Below, in pieces: positions 18,161-29,177 of a stretch of 32,000 nt of DNA (its first letter is position 1; each line of letters opens with the position of its first letter). A model generated the notes under the pieces. The model saw only the letters and a list, made by a program, of their open reading frames with translations, ran no database searches and was not told the origin of the DNA. Location: the sequence record OZ262643.1; one strand, written 5' to 3'. A program made the translations under genes and the position numbers.

Positions 18161-19690
18161 TTATACTGCACCTTGTTTTTTACTACTTCTATCACCTAGT
18201 TTTTGGAATGCTCCAAATTCTACTTGTTCTGTTACTTCTGCGCCTATACCTGCGAATACATCTCTAAATATAGTTCTTGAACCATGCCATAAATGGCCGA
18301 AGAAAAAGATCAAAGCAAAATTGGCGTGGCCAAATGTAAACCATCCTCTAGGACTACTTCTGAATACGCCGTCTGATTCTAAGGTAGTCCGGTCAAATTC
18401 AAATACTTCTCCAAGTTGTGCCTTGCGTGCATATTTTTTTACACTTGGTGCGTCTGTAAATGTTTTACCATTTAATTTACCGCCGTAAAAATTTACTGTT
18501 ACTCCAACTTGTTCAATACTATATTTAGATTCTGCTCTTCTAAATGGTATATCTGCTCTAATAATTCCGTCTTTATCTATTAGTATTACAGGAAATGTTT
18601 CAAAAAATGCAGGCATTCTTCTGACAGTTAATTCTCTGCCTTCTTTGTCCTGGAATAGAGGGTGTCCTAACCATGCTTCTGCTATTCCATCTCCTTTATC
18701 CATGGGCCCTGCTCTAAATAATCCACCTTTTGCTGGATTATTACCAATATAGTCGTAGAATGCTAGTTTATCAGGTATTTTTGACCATGCTTCTTCTGGT
18801 GTAGCACCTTCATTCAGTGAGTTTTCAACTCTTCTTTCTATTTCTTGTTGAAAGTATCCACTATCCCATTGATATCTAGTTGGTCCAAAAAGTTCTATCG
18901 GTGTTGTTGCAGATCCGTACCACATTGTACCGCATGTTACGAATGCACTGAAAAAAACAGCAGATATGCTACTAGATAGTACAGTTTCGATGTTTCCCAT
19001 TCTTAGTGCTCTATATAATCTTTGTGGAGGCCTTACTGTTAGATGGAACAATCCTGCAAGTATTCCTACTGTACCTGCTGCGATATGATGCGATGCTACC
19101 CCACTAGGATTAAATGGGTTAAATCCATCTGGTCCCCATGCTGGTGCTATTGGTTGTACTTTACCTGTTATACCATATCCATCAGATATCCATATTCCTG
19201 GTCCAAATAGTCCTGTTGTATGGAATGCGCCAAATCCAAAGCATAATAAACTAGATAATAGTAAATGAATTCCAAAAATTTTAGGTAAATCTAATGCTGG
19301 TTCTCCTGTTCTAGGATCGCGAAATAATTCTAGATCCCAGTATACCCAATGCCATATTGATGCTAAAAATAGCATTCCCGAGAGTACTATATGTGTTATT
19401 GCTACGCCTTCAAAACTCCATAAACCAGGGTTAGATACGCTTTCTCCTGTAATACTCCATCCTCCCCAGGAGTCTGTTACTCCTATTCTAGTCATGAACG
19501 GCATTACAAACATTCCTTGTCTCCACATTGGATTTAATACTGGATCAGATGGATCAAAAATTGCTAGTTCATATAGTGCCATCGAGCCTGCCCAACCTGA
19601 AACTAATGCCGTATGCATTAAATGTACAGAGATTAATCGTCCAGGGTCATTTAGAACAACTGTATGTACGCGATACCATGGTAATGCCAT
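18161..19690 (-). CDS. psbB: photosystem II CP47 apoprotein
   Basis: 509 aa starting [43 protein letters not shown]. An AGGAG motif (minus strand, 19703-19707) lies upstream of the ATG. Confidence 0.99.
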   Translation of the reverse strand: MALPWYRVHTVVLNDPGRLISVHLMHTALVSGWAGSMALYELAIFDPSDPVLNPMWRQGMFVMPFMTRIGVTDSWGGWSITGESVSNPGLWSFEGVAITHIVLSGMLFLASIWHWVYWDLELFRDPRTGEPALDLPKIFGIHLLLSSLLCFGFGAFHTTGLFGPGIWISDGYGITGKVQPIAPAWGPDGFNPFNPSGVASHHIAAGTVGILAGLFHLTVRPPQRLYRALRMGNIETVLSSSISAVFFSAFVTCGTMWYGSATTPIELFGPTRYQWDSGYFQQEIERRVENSLNEGATPEEAWSKIPDKLAFYDYIGNNPAKGGLFRAGPMDKGDGIAEAWLGHPLFQDKEGRELTVRRMPAFFETFPVILIDKDGIIRADIPFRRAESKYSIEQVGVTVNFYGGKLNGKTFTDAPSVKKYARKAQLGEVFEFDRTTLESDGVFRSSPRGWFTFGHANFALIFFFGHLWHGSRTIFRDVFAGIGAEVTEQVEFGAFQKLGDRSSKKQGAV

Positions 19691-19814
19691 AGAATGATAT
19701 CACTCCTTTTTTATTTTTATAAAATTTCGATAGATTGTTTTTCTTACGTGGTATCTATACTAATGAATCATTACTAATATATATTAAAACGTATTATAAC
19801 ATTTTTTATGTAAT

Positions 19815-20678
19815 TTAGTCGTATTTATATTTAATAATTTTATTAACTAATGTAAAGCTTATTATATTTAAGATTATGAGTATAATTATACTTTCCTTCA
19901 TCTCTAGTTGAAACCATATTGTATTAATAATTTGTGTTTTGAGTGAAATGACTTTTTGTATATTGCTTTGCCTAATAATTTCAACAGCATATGTCAGTGG
20001 ATTAATACATGCTATAACTTGTAACCAATATGGCATAAAAGATAGTGGTGCAAGTGCAGTACTGGCGAATAATGTTGGTAAATTGATGAATAATGTAGTT
20101 AAAGCAATAAATTCTATATGCCCCGGTAGAATAAATGCATTAAATATACTAAGGCTAGAAATGTTGGTTATGACTAATGTAGTTGAAATTATTACTGTTG
20201 TTAATTCACCTAATGTAGGCATGTATCCTATTTCATATATATTAAACAGGATAATAATAAAAATTTGGAAATGAGTAATTATATATGTATATATTATGCA
20301 AGAATATATTAATGATTTTTTATTAATTAATGGAGATATTAAAATACGATTTAGAAACCCAAATTCTCTGTCAAAAATGATTGGTAGACCAGAGCTTATT
20401 GCACTGTTAAATGCTGTAAATATAATAATTCCTGGATTTAAAAATTCTTTGTATTTGATGGTTAAATTATCATTTTCAAATAAATTGATTGGTGCGTTTT
20501 GGAAAAGTGCTCCAAATAATATAAGCCATAGTAATGGTTGGATTAAGTTAATTAATGCACTTGAAGGTCTCCTATAGGTTTGTAAATATAATCTTTGAGT
20601 TATGGCATTTATTTCTGTGTATTGTATGAAGTTAATCTTTTTGGTGTTTATTATTGTACAGGGTTTTACGTATATCAT
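19815..20678 (-). CDS. ycf38: ABC-2 type transporter permease (ycf38)
   Basis: 287 aa and multi-TM. RRPSSALINLIQPLLWLILFGALF and the C-terminal PYWLQVIACINPLTYAVEIIR are typical ABC-2 permease motifs. No ATPase partner is in the window. Confidence 0.72.
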   Translation of the reverse strand: MIYVKPCTIINTKKINFIQYTEINAITQRLYLQTYRRPSSALINLIQPLLWLILFGALFQNAPINLFENDNLTIKYKEFLNPGIIIFTAFNSAISSGLPIIFDREFGFLNRILISPLINKKSLIYSCIIYTYIITHFQIFIIILFNIYEIGYMPTLGELTTVIISTTLVITNISSLSIFNAFILPGHIEFIALTTLFINLPTLFASTALAPLSFMPYWLQVIACINPLTYAVEIIRQSNIQKVISLKTQIINTIWFQLEMKESIIILIILNIISFTLVNKIIKYKYD

Positions 20679-21009
20679 TTGTTTGTATTCAATTCATAAT
20701 TGATGACTATTTTTATTGAATTTTATAAGGTTATTTTGATGCTATGTATTATGAGTATGGTATATTAAGCATATGAATTTATCTCTACATTATTTTTTAT
20801 CAGTTGTGTTTTTCCAATTAGCTAACTTCTATAATTATTTAATAGTTACTATTTAAATTTACTCAATTTAGTTGTTATTTTTTTTATATTTAGTTTTATC
20901 TTGTAGTATAGATAGTTTAAAATAATGTTAAGTTTATACATTATGTTACATGACTTTTGAAGTATTCATAGCTTTATTTTAATTATGTAGTTTTTATCAA
21001 ATTGATATA

Positions 21010-21014
21010 GGGAG
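21010..21014 (+). promoter_or_regulatory. Shine-Dalgarno-like GGGAG 7 nt upstream of the petF ATG
   Basis: The sequence reads tataGGGAGatatttt ATG. Confidence 0.5.
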
Positions 21015-21021
21015 ATATTTT

Positions 21022-21318
21022 ATGGCTGATTATAATGTAACTTTAATACTTGAGGATGATGTTACCGAAACTGTAGCATGTGCCGAAGATCTGTATATTT
21101 TAGATGCTGCGGATGAGCAAGGTTTAGACTTACCTTATTCATGTCGTGCTGGAGCATGTTCTACTTGTGCTGGTATTGTTGTTGAAGGAGAAATAGACCA
21201 ATCAGATCAATCTTTCCTTGATGAAGATCAGATTAATGCTGGTTTTGTGTTAACATGTATTGCTTATCCAAGAAGTGATTGTTCTATAAAAACTCATCAG
21301 GAAGATGGATTGTATTAA
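21022..21318 (+). CDS. petF: [2Fe-2S] plant-type ferredoxin
   Basis: 98 aa, ...[27 protein letters not shown]...[10 protein letters not shown], with all four cluster cysteines present. Confidence 0.96.
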   Translation: MADYNVTLILEDDVTETVACAEDLYILDAADEQGLDLPYSCRAGACSTCAGIVVEGEIDQSDQSFLDEDQINAGFVLTCIAYPRSDCSIKTHQEDGLY

Positions 21319-21325
21319 TTGTCCT

Positions 21326-21388
21326 ATAAGTTTGATAAATAACAAGTTACTATGAATTAGTATTATGAGTCTATTCTATCAAACTTAT
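21326..21388. terminator. 12-bp perfect inverted repeat (39-nt loop) between convergent petF and rps10
   Basis: ATAAGTTTGATA (21326-21337) is the exact reverse complement of TATCAAACTTAT (21377-21388). I checked it base by base. Confidence 0.45.
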
Positions 21389-21403
21389 TAATTTAATATG
21401 CAA

Positions 21404-21721
21404 TTATAATTTTATTTCTACATCTACGCCAGCCGGTATGTTTAGTTTCATTAAGGCATCAATTGTTTGCGTAGATGGTTGATATAGATCTATTATTTTA
21501 CTATGTATTTTTATCTCAAAATGTTCTCTTGAATCTTTATCTACATGAGGTGATCTTAATACGCAATATATTCTACGTCTAGTAGGCATTGCAATAGGTC
21601 CTACCGTTTTGTTGTCAGTCCTATTCGTAGTACTTAAAATGTTTTCACAAGAAGTATTTAATAGTTTGTGATTATATGCTTTTAGTTTGATTCTAATTTT
21701 GTTCTGATTTATAATGTTCAT
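21404..21721 (-). CDS. rps10: ribosomal protein S10
   Basis: 105 aa with [15 protein letters not shown]...[39 protein letters not shown]. Confidence 0.94.
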   Translation of the reverse strand: MNIINQNKIRIKLKAYNHKLLNTSCENILSTTNRTDNKTVGPIAMPTRRRIYCVLRSPHVDKDSREHFEIKIHSKIIDLYQPSTQTIDALMKLNIPAGVDVEIKL

Positions 21722-21748
21722 GTTGTATTTTTGATGTAGTATTGAATA

Positions 21749-22978
21749 TTATTTTAATATTTTTGATACTACTCCTGCTCCAACGGTTTTACCACCTTCC
21801 CTGATTGCAAATCTCATACCTTGTTCTATTGCTATGGGGTGTATTAGTTCAGCACTCATTTTGATTCTATCGCCTGGCATTACCATTTCTGCCTTAGATC
21901 CGTCATCAGCTGTAAATTGATTGATTGTTCCAGTTACATCTGTTGTTCTTACGTAAAATTGAGGTCTATATCCCGTAAAGAATGGAGTATGTCTTCCTCC
22001 TTCTTCTTTAGTTAAAATATATACTTCTGCTTCAAATTTTGTATGTGGTGTAATTGTACCTGGTTGCGCAAGTACCATACCTCTTTGTATGTCACCTTTT
22101 TGTATACCTCTAAGTAGTATTCCAATATTATCGCCGGCCATGCCCTCATCTAATGTTTTTTGAAACATTTCTAAGCCAGTTATAGTAGTCGTCCTAGTGT
22201 CTTGTAATCCTACTATTTCAATTGTATCTCCTACTTTAATTATACCTCTCTCGATTCTTCCAGTTGCTACAGTTCCTCTTCCAGTTATAGAAAATACGTC
22301 TTCTACTGCCATAAGGAAAGTTTTCTCTGTATCTCTTTGTGGTGTTGGAATATAATAATCAACCGCATCCATAAGTAGATGAATTTTATCTACCCATTCG
22401 TTATCTCCACGTTGTGTATTGCCATTTTCTGTTACTGTCTCTAGTGCTAAGAGGGCCGATCCTGCTACGAAAGGTATTGTATCACCAGGAAAATCGTATT
22501 TATCTAATAATTCCCTAACTTCTAGTTCAACTAGTTCGCTTAGTTCTTCATCTTCTACTTGATCTTGCTTATTTAAAAATACTACTATATTTGGTACCCC
22601 AACTTGTTTTGCTAGTAGTATATGTTCACGAGTTTGTGGCATTGCGCCGTCTACTGCTGATACTACTAAAATTGCACCATCCATTTGAGCAGCTCCGGTA
22701 ATCATATTTTTTACGTAATCTGCATGTCCAGGACAATCTACGTGTGCATAATGTCTGTTGTCTGTTTCATATTCTATATGTGCAGTATTAATAGTAATGC
22801 CTCTAGCTTTTTCTTCTGGTGCTGCATCAATTTCATCAAATCTTTTCGCTTCGCTTTGGTTTGCTGCTGCTAATGTTGCTGATATTGCAGCTGTTAGCGT
22901 TGTCTTTCCGTGATCTACGTGTCCTATTGTTCCTATGTTGACGTGCGGTTTTTTTCTTTCAAATTTTTCACGTGCCAT
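21749..22978 (-). CDS. tufA: elongation factor Tu
   Basis: 409 aa starting [32 protein letters not shown], with DCPGHADY and NKQD motifs. Confidence 0.99.
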   Translation of the reverse strand: MAREKFERKKPHVNIGTIGHVDHGKTTLTAAISATLAAANQSEAKRFDEIDAAPEEKARGITINTAHIEYETDNRHYAHVDCPGHADYVKNMITGAAQMDGAILVVSAVDGAMPQTREHILLAKQVGVPNIVVFLNKQDQVEDEELSELVELEVRELLDKYDFPGDTIPFVAGSALLALETVTENGNTQRGDNEWVDKIHLLMDAVDYYIPTPQRDTEKTFLMAVEDVFSITGRGTVATGRIERGIIKVGDTIEIVGLQDTRTTTITGLEMFQKTLDEGMAGDNIGILLRGIQKGDIQRGMVLAQPGTITPHTKFEAEVYILTKEEGGRHTPFFTGYRPQFYVRTTDVTGTINQFTADDGSKAEMVMPGDRIKMSAELIHPIAIEQGMRFAIREGGKTVGAGVVSKILK

Positions 22979-23004
22979 CTTGATGATTCCTTGTATTCTT
23001 ATTT

Positions 23005-23475
23005 TTAATAACGATAGTGGGCAAAGGCTTTATTAGCTTCTGCCATTTTATGTGTCTCTTCTCTTTTTCTTACTGCATTTCCACTTTCATTTGAAGCGTC
23101 TATTATTTCGTTAGCTAGTTTAATAGACATACTGTTTCCTGTTCTTTCTAGAGCAAATTTTGTTATCCACTTGAGTGCTAAGTTTGTTCCTCGATATGCT
23201 CTTACTTCCATTGGTACTTGATATGTTGATCCTCCTATTCTTCTGGCTTTTACTTCAACAAGAGGTGTTGTATTACGGACAGCTTTTTCTAATATTTTAA
23301 GTGGATCTTCATTTGTTCTATTGTATATAAAATCTAGCGATTTATATATAATTTTTTGTGCTAATCCTTTTTTGCCGTTTTTTAATACACGCACAGTTAG
23401 CATATTAATTAATCTACTATTATATATTGGATCTGGATGAATAATTCTTTTTTTGGATACATTTCGTCTTGACAT
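23005..23475 (-). CDS. rps7: ribosomal protein S7
   Basis: 156 aa with [26 protein letters not shown]...[19 protein letters not shown]...[10 protein letters not shown]. Confidence 0.96.
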   Translation of the reverse strand: MSRRNVSKKRIIHPDPIYNSRLINMLTVRVLKNGKKGLAQKIIYKSLDFIYNRTNEDPLKILEKAVRNTTPLVEVKARRIGGSTYQVPMEVRAYRGTNLALKWITKFALERTGNSMSIKLANEIIDASNESGNAVRKREETHKMAEANKAFAHYRY

Positions 23476-23487
23476 ATGCTTAACTGT

Positions 23488-23862
23488 TTATTTTTTCTGT
23501 TTTTTAGTTCCATATTTTGACCTACTATTGGCCCTATCTTTAACTCCAGCTGCATCGAGTGTTCCTCTGACTACGTGATACCTAACTCCTGGTAAGTCTT
23601 TTACGCGTCCTCCTCTAATTAGTACTACTGAATGCTCTTGAATATTATGTCCAATACCCGGTATATATGCAGTCACTTCAAAACCAGAAGTTAGTCTGAC
23701 TCTAGCTACTTTACGTAATGCAGAATTAGGTTTTTTAGGTGTAGTTGTATAAACTCTTGTGCATACTCCCCGTCTCTGTGGGCAAGATTTTAAGGCTGGA
23801 GATTTAGTTTTCTTCTTATCTTTTTTTCTTTCTGATCTGACTAATTGTTGAATTGTTGGCAT
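23488..23862 (-). CDS. rps12: ribosomal protein S12 (uninterrupted)
   Basis: 124 aa starting [14 protein letters not shown], with [70 protein letters not shown]. Confidence 0.98.
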   Translation of the reverse strand: MPTIQQLVRSERKKDKKKTKSPALKSCPQRRGVCTRVYTTTPKKPNSALRKVARVRLTSGFEVTAYIPGIGHNIQEHSVVLIRGGRVKDLPGVRYHVVRGTLDAAGVKDRANSRSKYGTKKQKK

Positions 23863-23951
23863 ATTTTATTTCTATAATATCCATTTTTGTTTGAATATTC
23901 TATATATTATAAGTATTGTACAATTTAGTGTCAAACTTGTTGATAAATATT

Positions 23952-24158
23952 TTACTTAATTTTGTATTTTTTCATAAATTTTTCTATTCTACCTTCGGTA
24001 TCTATAATTTTTTGTGAGCCAGTAAAAAAGGGATGGTTGCCTGACCATATATCTACATTAAGTATCTCTTTTGTTGAGCCTACAGTCATTATATGCTTAC
24101 CGTCACAATAAACTTTCGAATTATTGTACCATTTAGGATGAATATTCTTTTTTGTCAT
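23952..24158 (-). CDS. rpl31: ribosomal protein L31
   Basis: 68 aa starting MTKKNIHPKWY, with VDIWSGNHPFFTG.QKIIDTEGRIEKF. Confidence 0.9.
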   Translation of the reverse strand: MTKKNIHPKWYNNSKVYCDGKHIMTVGSTKEILNVDIWSGNHPFFTGSQKIIDTEGRIEKFMKKYKIK

Positions 24159-24212
24159 AATTTATTATTTTTAATTGTTGTAAATTTGTTAAATAATATT
24201 ATAATATTATAG

Positions 24213-24623
24213 TTATCTTTTAGAGTATTGTGGTGCCTTTCTAGCTTTACGTAGTCCATATTTTTTTCTCTCTTTTATCCTAGCATCTCTCCTTAGGAGT
24301 CCTTCTGATTTAAGCATTAAACGGTTTTCTGGATTGATGCTACATAATGCTCTGGCTAGACCTAATCGAATTGCATCAGCTTGACCAGTAAGTCCTCCTC
24401 CTTCAGTTTTGACATATGTGTCATATTCTTTGCTAAGTCCTAGTACGTTGAGTGGTGCGCACGATATTCTTAAGTAATTTGGGCTAAATTGTAAATAAGA
24501 TTCACCTGGCAATCCATTAATAATTAATTTGCCTGATCCTGGTATAATTTGTACTCTTGCTATAGATGTTTTTCTTCGGCCTGTACCTGAGTATATGACC
24601 TTATTCTGACTTGGTTTTAACAT
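24213..24623 (-). CDS. rps9: ribosomal protein S9
   Basis: 136 aa with [12 protein letters not shown]...[19 protein letters not shown]...[29 protein letters not shown]. Confidence 0.96.
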   Translation of the reverse strand: MLKPSQNKVIYSGTGRRKTSIARVQIIPGSGKLIINGLPGESYLQFSPNYLRISCAPLNVLGLSKEYDTYVKTEGGGLTGQADAIRLGLARALCSINPENRLMLKSEGLLRRDARIKERKKYGLRKARKAPQYSKR

Positions 24624-24629
24624 ATTCTT

Positions 24630-25094
24630 TTATTTTATCTCTAATCTTATCGGTTTTTGTGCTTCGTGTGGGTGTTGGTTGTCTGAATATATTTTTAGTT
24701 TTTTAAAGAGCTGTCTTCCTAAGCTATTTTTAGGTAACATTCCTCTAATTGCGTGTTCTATAATTCTATTGGGTATTCTCTTTTGCAGCTTATGAAAGAT
24801 TTCTTGTTTTAGTCCTCCTGGTTTTCCTGAATGCCTAATATAAGTTTTTTGCTTGTTTTTTTTACCTGTTATACTTATATATCTTGAGTTAATAATAATG
24901 ATTCTTATATTGCTTTCTTGAAATGGACAGTATTCTATGTTATTTTTGCCTTTGAGTACATAGGCAATGTGACTGCTTAATCTGCCAAGGTTTTTGTCTC
25001 TTGCATCGATTATATACCATTTTAAGTCTAAAGTACTAGAACGTTTTTTTATAAAAGTTTTGTTTTTGTTTATTATTGTTTGTTTGTCATTCAT
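24630..25094 (-). CDS. rpl13: ribosomal protein L13
   Basis: 154 aa with KWYIIDARDKNLGRLSSHIAYVLKGK...YIRHSGKPGGLK...AIRGMLPKN.LGR....LKIY. Confidence 0.92.
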   Translation of the reverse strand: MNDKQTIINKNKTFIKKRSSTLDLKWYIIDARDKNLGRLSSHIAYVLKGKNNIEYCPFQESNIRIIIINSRYISITGKKNKQKTYIRHSGKPGGLKQEIFHKLQKRIPNRIIEHAIRGMLPKNSLGRQLFKKLKIYSDNQHPHEAQKPIRLEIK

Positions 25095-25129
25095 GTCATC
25101 TTTATCTATTTGATTTATAATTTAACACT

Positions 25130-26062
25130 TTAAATTTTTTCTTGTGGCAGATGAATGTCGAGTTTATGCTTGAGTGCGTCAATTACTTCATCAGCTGATT
25201 TTTGGCCAAAGTTTTTTATTTCCAATAATTCTTCATGGGAATAGTCTAATAGATCTGCAATTGAGTGAATGTGTGCCCTTTTTAAGCAATTATAAGCACG
25301 TACGGATAACTGTAATTCTTCTATTAAGATCTGATTGATTTTTTTTTCCTTATTTTCAATTTCGTTGTTGTGCGCTTTAAAATTAATGCTAGTTAATGGA
25401 TAGAATAAATTTGTAATTATTTTTGCTCCTTGACTAATTGCTTCCTGTGGTGATACACCTCCATTTGTCCATATCTCGATGAATAGTTTTTCTTTAGTTT
25501 CGGTTAAGTTAATTTTTTGTTCTTCTATTCTATAGCTAATTTTTTTTGCTGGCATAAAGATAGCGTCAATTTGTAGGAAATCTACCGATTTACTATCTAT
25601 ACCTTTATTTACTAGCTTATATCCGTTTCCTTGTTTAATTTTAAATTCCATCTCAAAAATCGTGTTATTGCATACAGTTGCAATATATTGTTTAGGATCT
25701 ATGATTTCAATTTCTGGTGGTAAATCAAATAGTCCAGTCGTTACAATAGCTGGACCTTGCACTTTTACTCTTCCTATTTGGGTTTCTGTGCTGTAACTTT
25801 TTAAAATTACTTCTTTTAAATTTAGAATTATTTCTAAAACATCTTCTCGAACACCCGTAATAGTAGAAAATTCGTGATTTACACCGGCTATTCTTACAGC
25901 TACAATAGCTGTTCCTTGTAAATCTGATAGTATAGTTCTCCTCAGCGAATTACCAATGGTAATTCCCTGTCCTTTTTTTAGTGGTTCTAAGACAAAATGT
26001 CCGTAGTGTTCTCTTGTACTTTTTGTTTTTGACTCGATGCATTCTATTTGAAAATGAGTCAT
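25130..26062 (-). CDS. rpoA: RNA polymerase alpha subunit (start moved to the internal Met)
   Basis: The track ORF runs to 26131 and overlaps rps11. The homologous N-terminus begins at MTHFQIECIESK... (ATG at 26062-26060). It contains GHFVLEPLKKGQGITIGNSLRR and the C-terminal domain ELQLSVRAYNCLKRAHIHSIADLL. Confidence 0.9.
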   Translation of the reverse strand: MTHFQIECIESKTKSTREHYGHFVLEPLKKGQGITIGNSLRRTILSDLQGTAIVAVRIAGVNHEFSTITGVREDVLEIILNLKEVILKSYSTETQIGRVKVQGPAIVTTGLFDLPPEIEIIDPKQYIATVCNNTIFEMEFKIKQGNGYKLVNKGIDSKSVDFLQIDAIFMPAKKISYRIEEQKINLTETKEKLFIEIWTNGGVSPQEAISQGAKIITNLFYPLTSINFKAHNNEIENKEKKINQILIEELQLSVRAYNCLKRAHIHSIADLLDYSHEELLEIKNFGQKSADEVIDALKHKLDIHLPQEKI

Positions 26063-26096
26063 GCTTGTGTTAATTTTTCTTATTTGGTTATGATTT

Positions 26097-26486
26097 TTAA
26101 ACTCTGCGCTTTTTTGGTGGCCGACATCCATTATGAGGTACTGGTGTGATATCCTTAATAATTGTAATCTCTATTCCGGTTGCCTGTATAGCTCTAATTG
26201 CAGTTTCTCTTCCTGCTCCTGGTCCATTTACTAATATCTCTGTTTGTTTTATACCTGATTCAATAGCAAATTTTGCTGCTTTTTCTGCTGCTGTTTGTGC
26301 TGCAAATGGAGTACTTTTCTTTGCTCCCTTAAATCCGTTGTTACCTGCTGATGACCATGTTATAGTTTCTCCCTGGAGATCTGTAATTGTAATAATTGTG
26401 TTATTGAAAGTTGATTGTATATGTGTAATTCCATTAACAATGTTTTTTTTCTTTTTGTTTTGGTTCTTTTTTATTTGTCTAGCCAT
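26097..26486 (-). CDS. rps11: ribosomal protein S11
   Basis: 129 aa with [43 protein letters not shown]...[13 protein letters not shown]......[18 protein letters not shown]. Confidence 0.96.
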   Translation of the reverse strand: MARQIKKNQNKKKKNIVNGITHIQSTFNNTIITITDLQGETITWSSAGNNGFKGAKKSTPFAAQTAAEKAAKFAIESGIKQTEILVNGPGAGRETAIRAIQATGIEITIIKDITPVPHNGCRPPKKRRV

Positions 26487-26516
26487 CTTTTTTTATCCTA
26501 TAGATTTCATATTAAC

Positions 26517-26897
26517 TTATTTCCTTGGTGCTTTCTTTTTGCCTGCGATAGTTTTCTTAGTGCCCCTTCTAGTTCTTGCATTAGTTCTTGTTCTTTGTCC
26601 TCTCAATGGTAAACTGAGTCTGTGCCTTCTGCCTTTATATGACCCTATGTCCATTAATCTCTTTATATTTATTGATTCTAACCTTTTTAGGTTGCCTTCT
26701 AATTCATAACTATCAATTAATACGTTTCGTATAGAAATGATTTGTTCATCATTAAGATCTTTAATTTTAATATTTCCATCTAACTTGATTGTTTGTAAAA
26801 TTTCTTTAGATCTTGATATACCTATACCATAAATGTGAGTTAAGCCAATCGCAATTCTTTTATTTTTAGGTAAATCTACACCTTCTATTCTTGCCAT
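26517..26897 (-). CDS. rps13: ribosomal protein S13
   Basis: 126 aa starting [26 protein letters not shown], with [26 protein letters not shown]. Confidence 0.96.
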   Translation of the reverse strand: MARIEGVDLPKNKRIAIGLTHIYGIGISRSKEILQTIKLDGNIKIKDLNDEQIISIRNVLIDSYELEGNLKRLESINIKRLMDIGSYKGRRHRLSLPLRGQRTRTNARTRRGTKKTIAGKKKAPRK

Positions 26898-26926
26898 AAA
26901 GCACTTTATCCTGTTTATATATTTTT

Positions 26927-27040
26927 TTAACCTTGCTTCTGCTTGTGCTTGGGATTGTCACAAATTATCATGATCTTTCTATTTCTTCTTATAATACGAC
27001 ATTTTTCACACATTTTTTTTACAGATGGTCTGACTTTCAT
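26927..27040 (-). CDS. rpl36: ribosomal protein L36 (37 aa), not in the ORF track
   Basis: Hand translation gives [37 protein letters not shown] followed by TAA. It sits between secY and rps13. Confidence 0.93.
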   Translation of the reverse strand: MKVRPSVKKMCEKCRIIRRNRKIMIICDNPKHKQKQG

Positions 27041-27074
27041 AGTGATTTTTTAGTTATTTATTGCAGTTATTTAT

Positions 27075-28310
27075 CTATTCCATCATATTATCATATTGTT
27101 CGGAAATTATATATATTTGAATTTGTTTTGCTGTATCAATTGCTACTCCTACTAATATTAATAGTGATGTTGTTCCTAGACCTTGAAATATACTTAGTTG
27201 AGTCGTTTTAGATACTATAAATGGTAATTGTGCGATTAAAAATAGAAATAATGAGCCTATTAATGTTAGTTTATTAATTACTCTTTGTAGATATTTTATT
27301 GTTTCTTTTCCTGGGCGGATGTTTGGTAAGCTAGCTCCCATTTTTTGTAAATTTTCTGAAATTTCATCCGGGTTTAGGATAATCGATGAATAAAAATAGC
27401 TAAATAATACTATCAGTATAGAATATATAAATAGATATACTATATTGTTAGTTAAAATTAATTGTATGATTGGTTTAATAAGTGTGTCATTTTGATTAAT
27501 TGTATATAGTAAATATTGAGGCGATGCAATAGCTGCTGATGCAAATACTATTGGCATAACTCCTCCCTGATTTAATTTTAAAGGTATATAATTTTGTTCT
27601 TTTAGATTATTAAGTTCTCCTAATTGTCTAGTTGAAATAATATTAACCTTTCTCTTACTATCTTGAATTAGAATATTAGTCATCAAAATAACGATACATA
27701 ATCCGGTTATTGATGCTATTGTAAGAAAATTATTACTATTTGTTATAGTATAAGTATTTAAATTTTTGGGTATATTGGAAATGATATTTTGAAATATTAC
27801 TAACGAGGGTCCATTTCCTATTCCGTATTCTGTGATCAATTCCGAGAACCACATCATAATAACTGATCCAGTTGTTAATATTAGTACTAAATCAATTATA
27901 AAATAGTTACTCCAGTTAAAGGTATATGGTTTAAGCCATAATGAAATAGATAAGCTTTGAATAATTGCCCATATAAGTGTAAAGTATCTTGTAATTCTAA
28001 TAATCTTCTGTTTTCCTATTTCTCCTTCATTTTTTTGTATGTCTTCTAGTTGAGGAATTAGTTTAACTAATAGCTTGGTGATAATTGAGGAATTGATGTA
28101 AGGTATTATGCCTAGGCTAAATATTCCTATTGTTGAGAAACCACCGCCAGAAAAGATATTTAAAAAATTAATTACCTTGTTATCTATTATGTTATTATTA
28201 AATCCTTGATGATCTATTCCTGGTATAGGTATGAAAATTCCAATTCTTGATATGAATAGAACAACAATTGTTATGATTATTTTAGTCGCGAGTTTATTTT
28301 TGTATTCCAT
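27075..28310 (-). CDS. secY: preprotein translocase SecY
   Basis: 411 aa and multi-TM with FSGGGFSTIGIFSLGIIPYINSSII..LL and NQGGVMPIVFASA. It is diverged and I/N/L-rich. Its position after rps5 is canonical. Confidence 0.9.
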   Translation of the reverse strand: MEYKNKLATKIIITIVVLFISRIGIFIPIPGIDHQGFNNNIIDNKVINFLNIFSGGGFSTIGIFSLGIIPYINSSIITKLLVKLIPQLEDIQKNEGEIGKQKIIRITRYFTLIWAIIQSLSISLWLKPYTFNWSNYFIIDLVLILTTGSVIMMWFSELITEYGIGNGPSLVIFQNIISNIPKNLNTYTITNSNNFLTIASITGLCIVILMTNILIQDSKRKVNIISTRQLGELNNLKEQNYIPLKLNQGGVMPIVFASAAIASPQYLLYTINQNDTLIKPIIQLILTNNIVYLFIYSILIVLFSYFYSSIILNPDEISENLQKMGASLPNIRPGKETIKYLQRVINKLTLIGSLFLFLIAQLPFIVSKTTQLSIFQGLGTTSLLILVGVAIDTAKQIQIYIISEQYDNMME

Positions 28311-28326
28311 ATTAATGGTAACTTAT

Positions 28327-28839
28327 TTACTGATAAAGTTCTTCTAGGCTAAGGTTTCTATCTTTAGCTGTTTCACTAAAAGTTCTTAGATTGTTAAGTG
28401 CGTTTAGTGCTGCCCTTGCATTATTTAAAGTATTGTTTGACCCTAATTGTTTAGCTAATATATTTTTGATACCAGCAAGTTCTAAAACTATTCTTGTTGA
28501 TCCTCCAGCAATTACGCCCGAACCTGTAGCAGAAGGTCTTAAAATAATTTTTGCAGCTCCTGACATGCCGTAAATGGGATGTGGTATAGAGTAATATTTT
28601 GTTAAGGGAATATTAACTACATTTTTTTTTGCATCTGTAACTCCTTTTTTTACTGCTCCAATGACGTCGCTCGCTTTACCAACACCTACTCCTATTTGTC
28701 CATTTTCATTTCCTATAACTAGTACTGCTCTAAAGCTTAGCTTTTTACCTCCCTTAACAACTTTTGTTACCCTTTTCACTTGTACTACTTTTTCTTCCCA
28801 GTTGTTGTCTTCTTTATTTTTTATACTTTTTTTTTTCAT
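28327..28839 (-). CDS. rps5: ribosomal protein S5
   Basis: 170 aa with [45 protein letters not shown]...[16 protein letters not shown]. Confidence 0.95.
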   Translation of the reverse strand: MKKKSIKNKEDNNWEEKVVQVKRVTKVVKGGKKLSFRAVLVIGNENGQIGVGVGKASDVIGAVKKGVTDAKKNVVNIPLTKYYSIPHPIYGMSGAAKIILRPSATGSGVIAGGSTRIVLELAGIKNILAKQLGSNNTLNNARAALNALNNLRTFSETAKDRNLSLEELYQ

Positions 28840-28851
28840 GATTTGTAAATA

Positions 28852-29160
28852 TTAAAAAATGATTCCTTCTTTTCTTGTTGCATCTGCTAAAGCTTTGATT
28901 TGTCCGTGATATATATTTTTTCCTCTATCAAAAATTATTTTTTGTATTCCTAGTTGTTTTAGCTTGTTTGCTATATTTTTGCCAACCATTGCTGCTGTTT
29001 TGCAATTCTTGGTACATTTTTCATGATTTGACATGTCACTTGATAAGGTTGAACTACTTGTCATTACCTTGTTGTTTTCATTGTCTATAATATGTGCATA
29101 TATATGCTTATTTGATTTAAATATATATATTTTGTATTTACCGGATTTATGAGCTTTCAT
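28852..29160 (-). CDS. rpl18: ribosomal protein L18 (short N-terminus)
   Basis: 102 aa with IFKSNKHIYAHIID...AAMVGKNIANKLKQLGIQKIIFDRGKNIYHGQIKALADATRKEG. The rpl6 stop lies only 17 nt upstream, so no longer N-terminus is possible. Confidence 0.9.
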   Translation of the reverse strand: MKAHKSGKYKIYIFKSNKHIYAHIIDNENNKVMTSSSTLSSDMSNHEKCTKNCKTAAMVGKNIANKLKQLGIQKIIFDRGKNIYHGQIKALADATRKEGIIF

Positions 29161-29177
29161 TGTATATGTGTTAAATT

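Noticed and set aside
26063-26131. N-terminal 23-codon extension of the rpoA ORF overlapping the 3' end of rps11.
   Set aside because: The extension ([23 protein letters not shown]) has no counterpart in RpoA. Homology starts at the internal Met (MTHFQIECIESK). The extension would require a 35-nt overlap with rps11.
26146-26709. 187-aa plus-strand ORF, and the nested 65-aa ORF at 26415-26612.
   Set aside because: It is entirely antisense to the well-conserved rps11 and rps13. The low-complexity F/L/I/C-rich translation is typical of the reverse frame of Lys/Arg-rich ribosomal genes. It has no motif and no independent start context.
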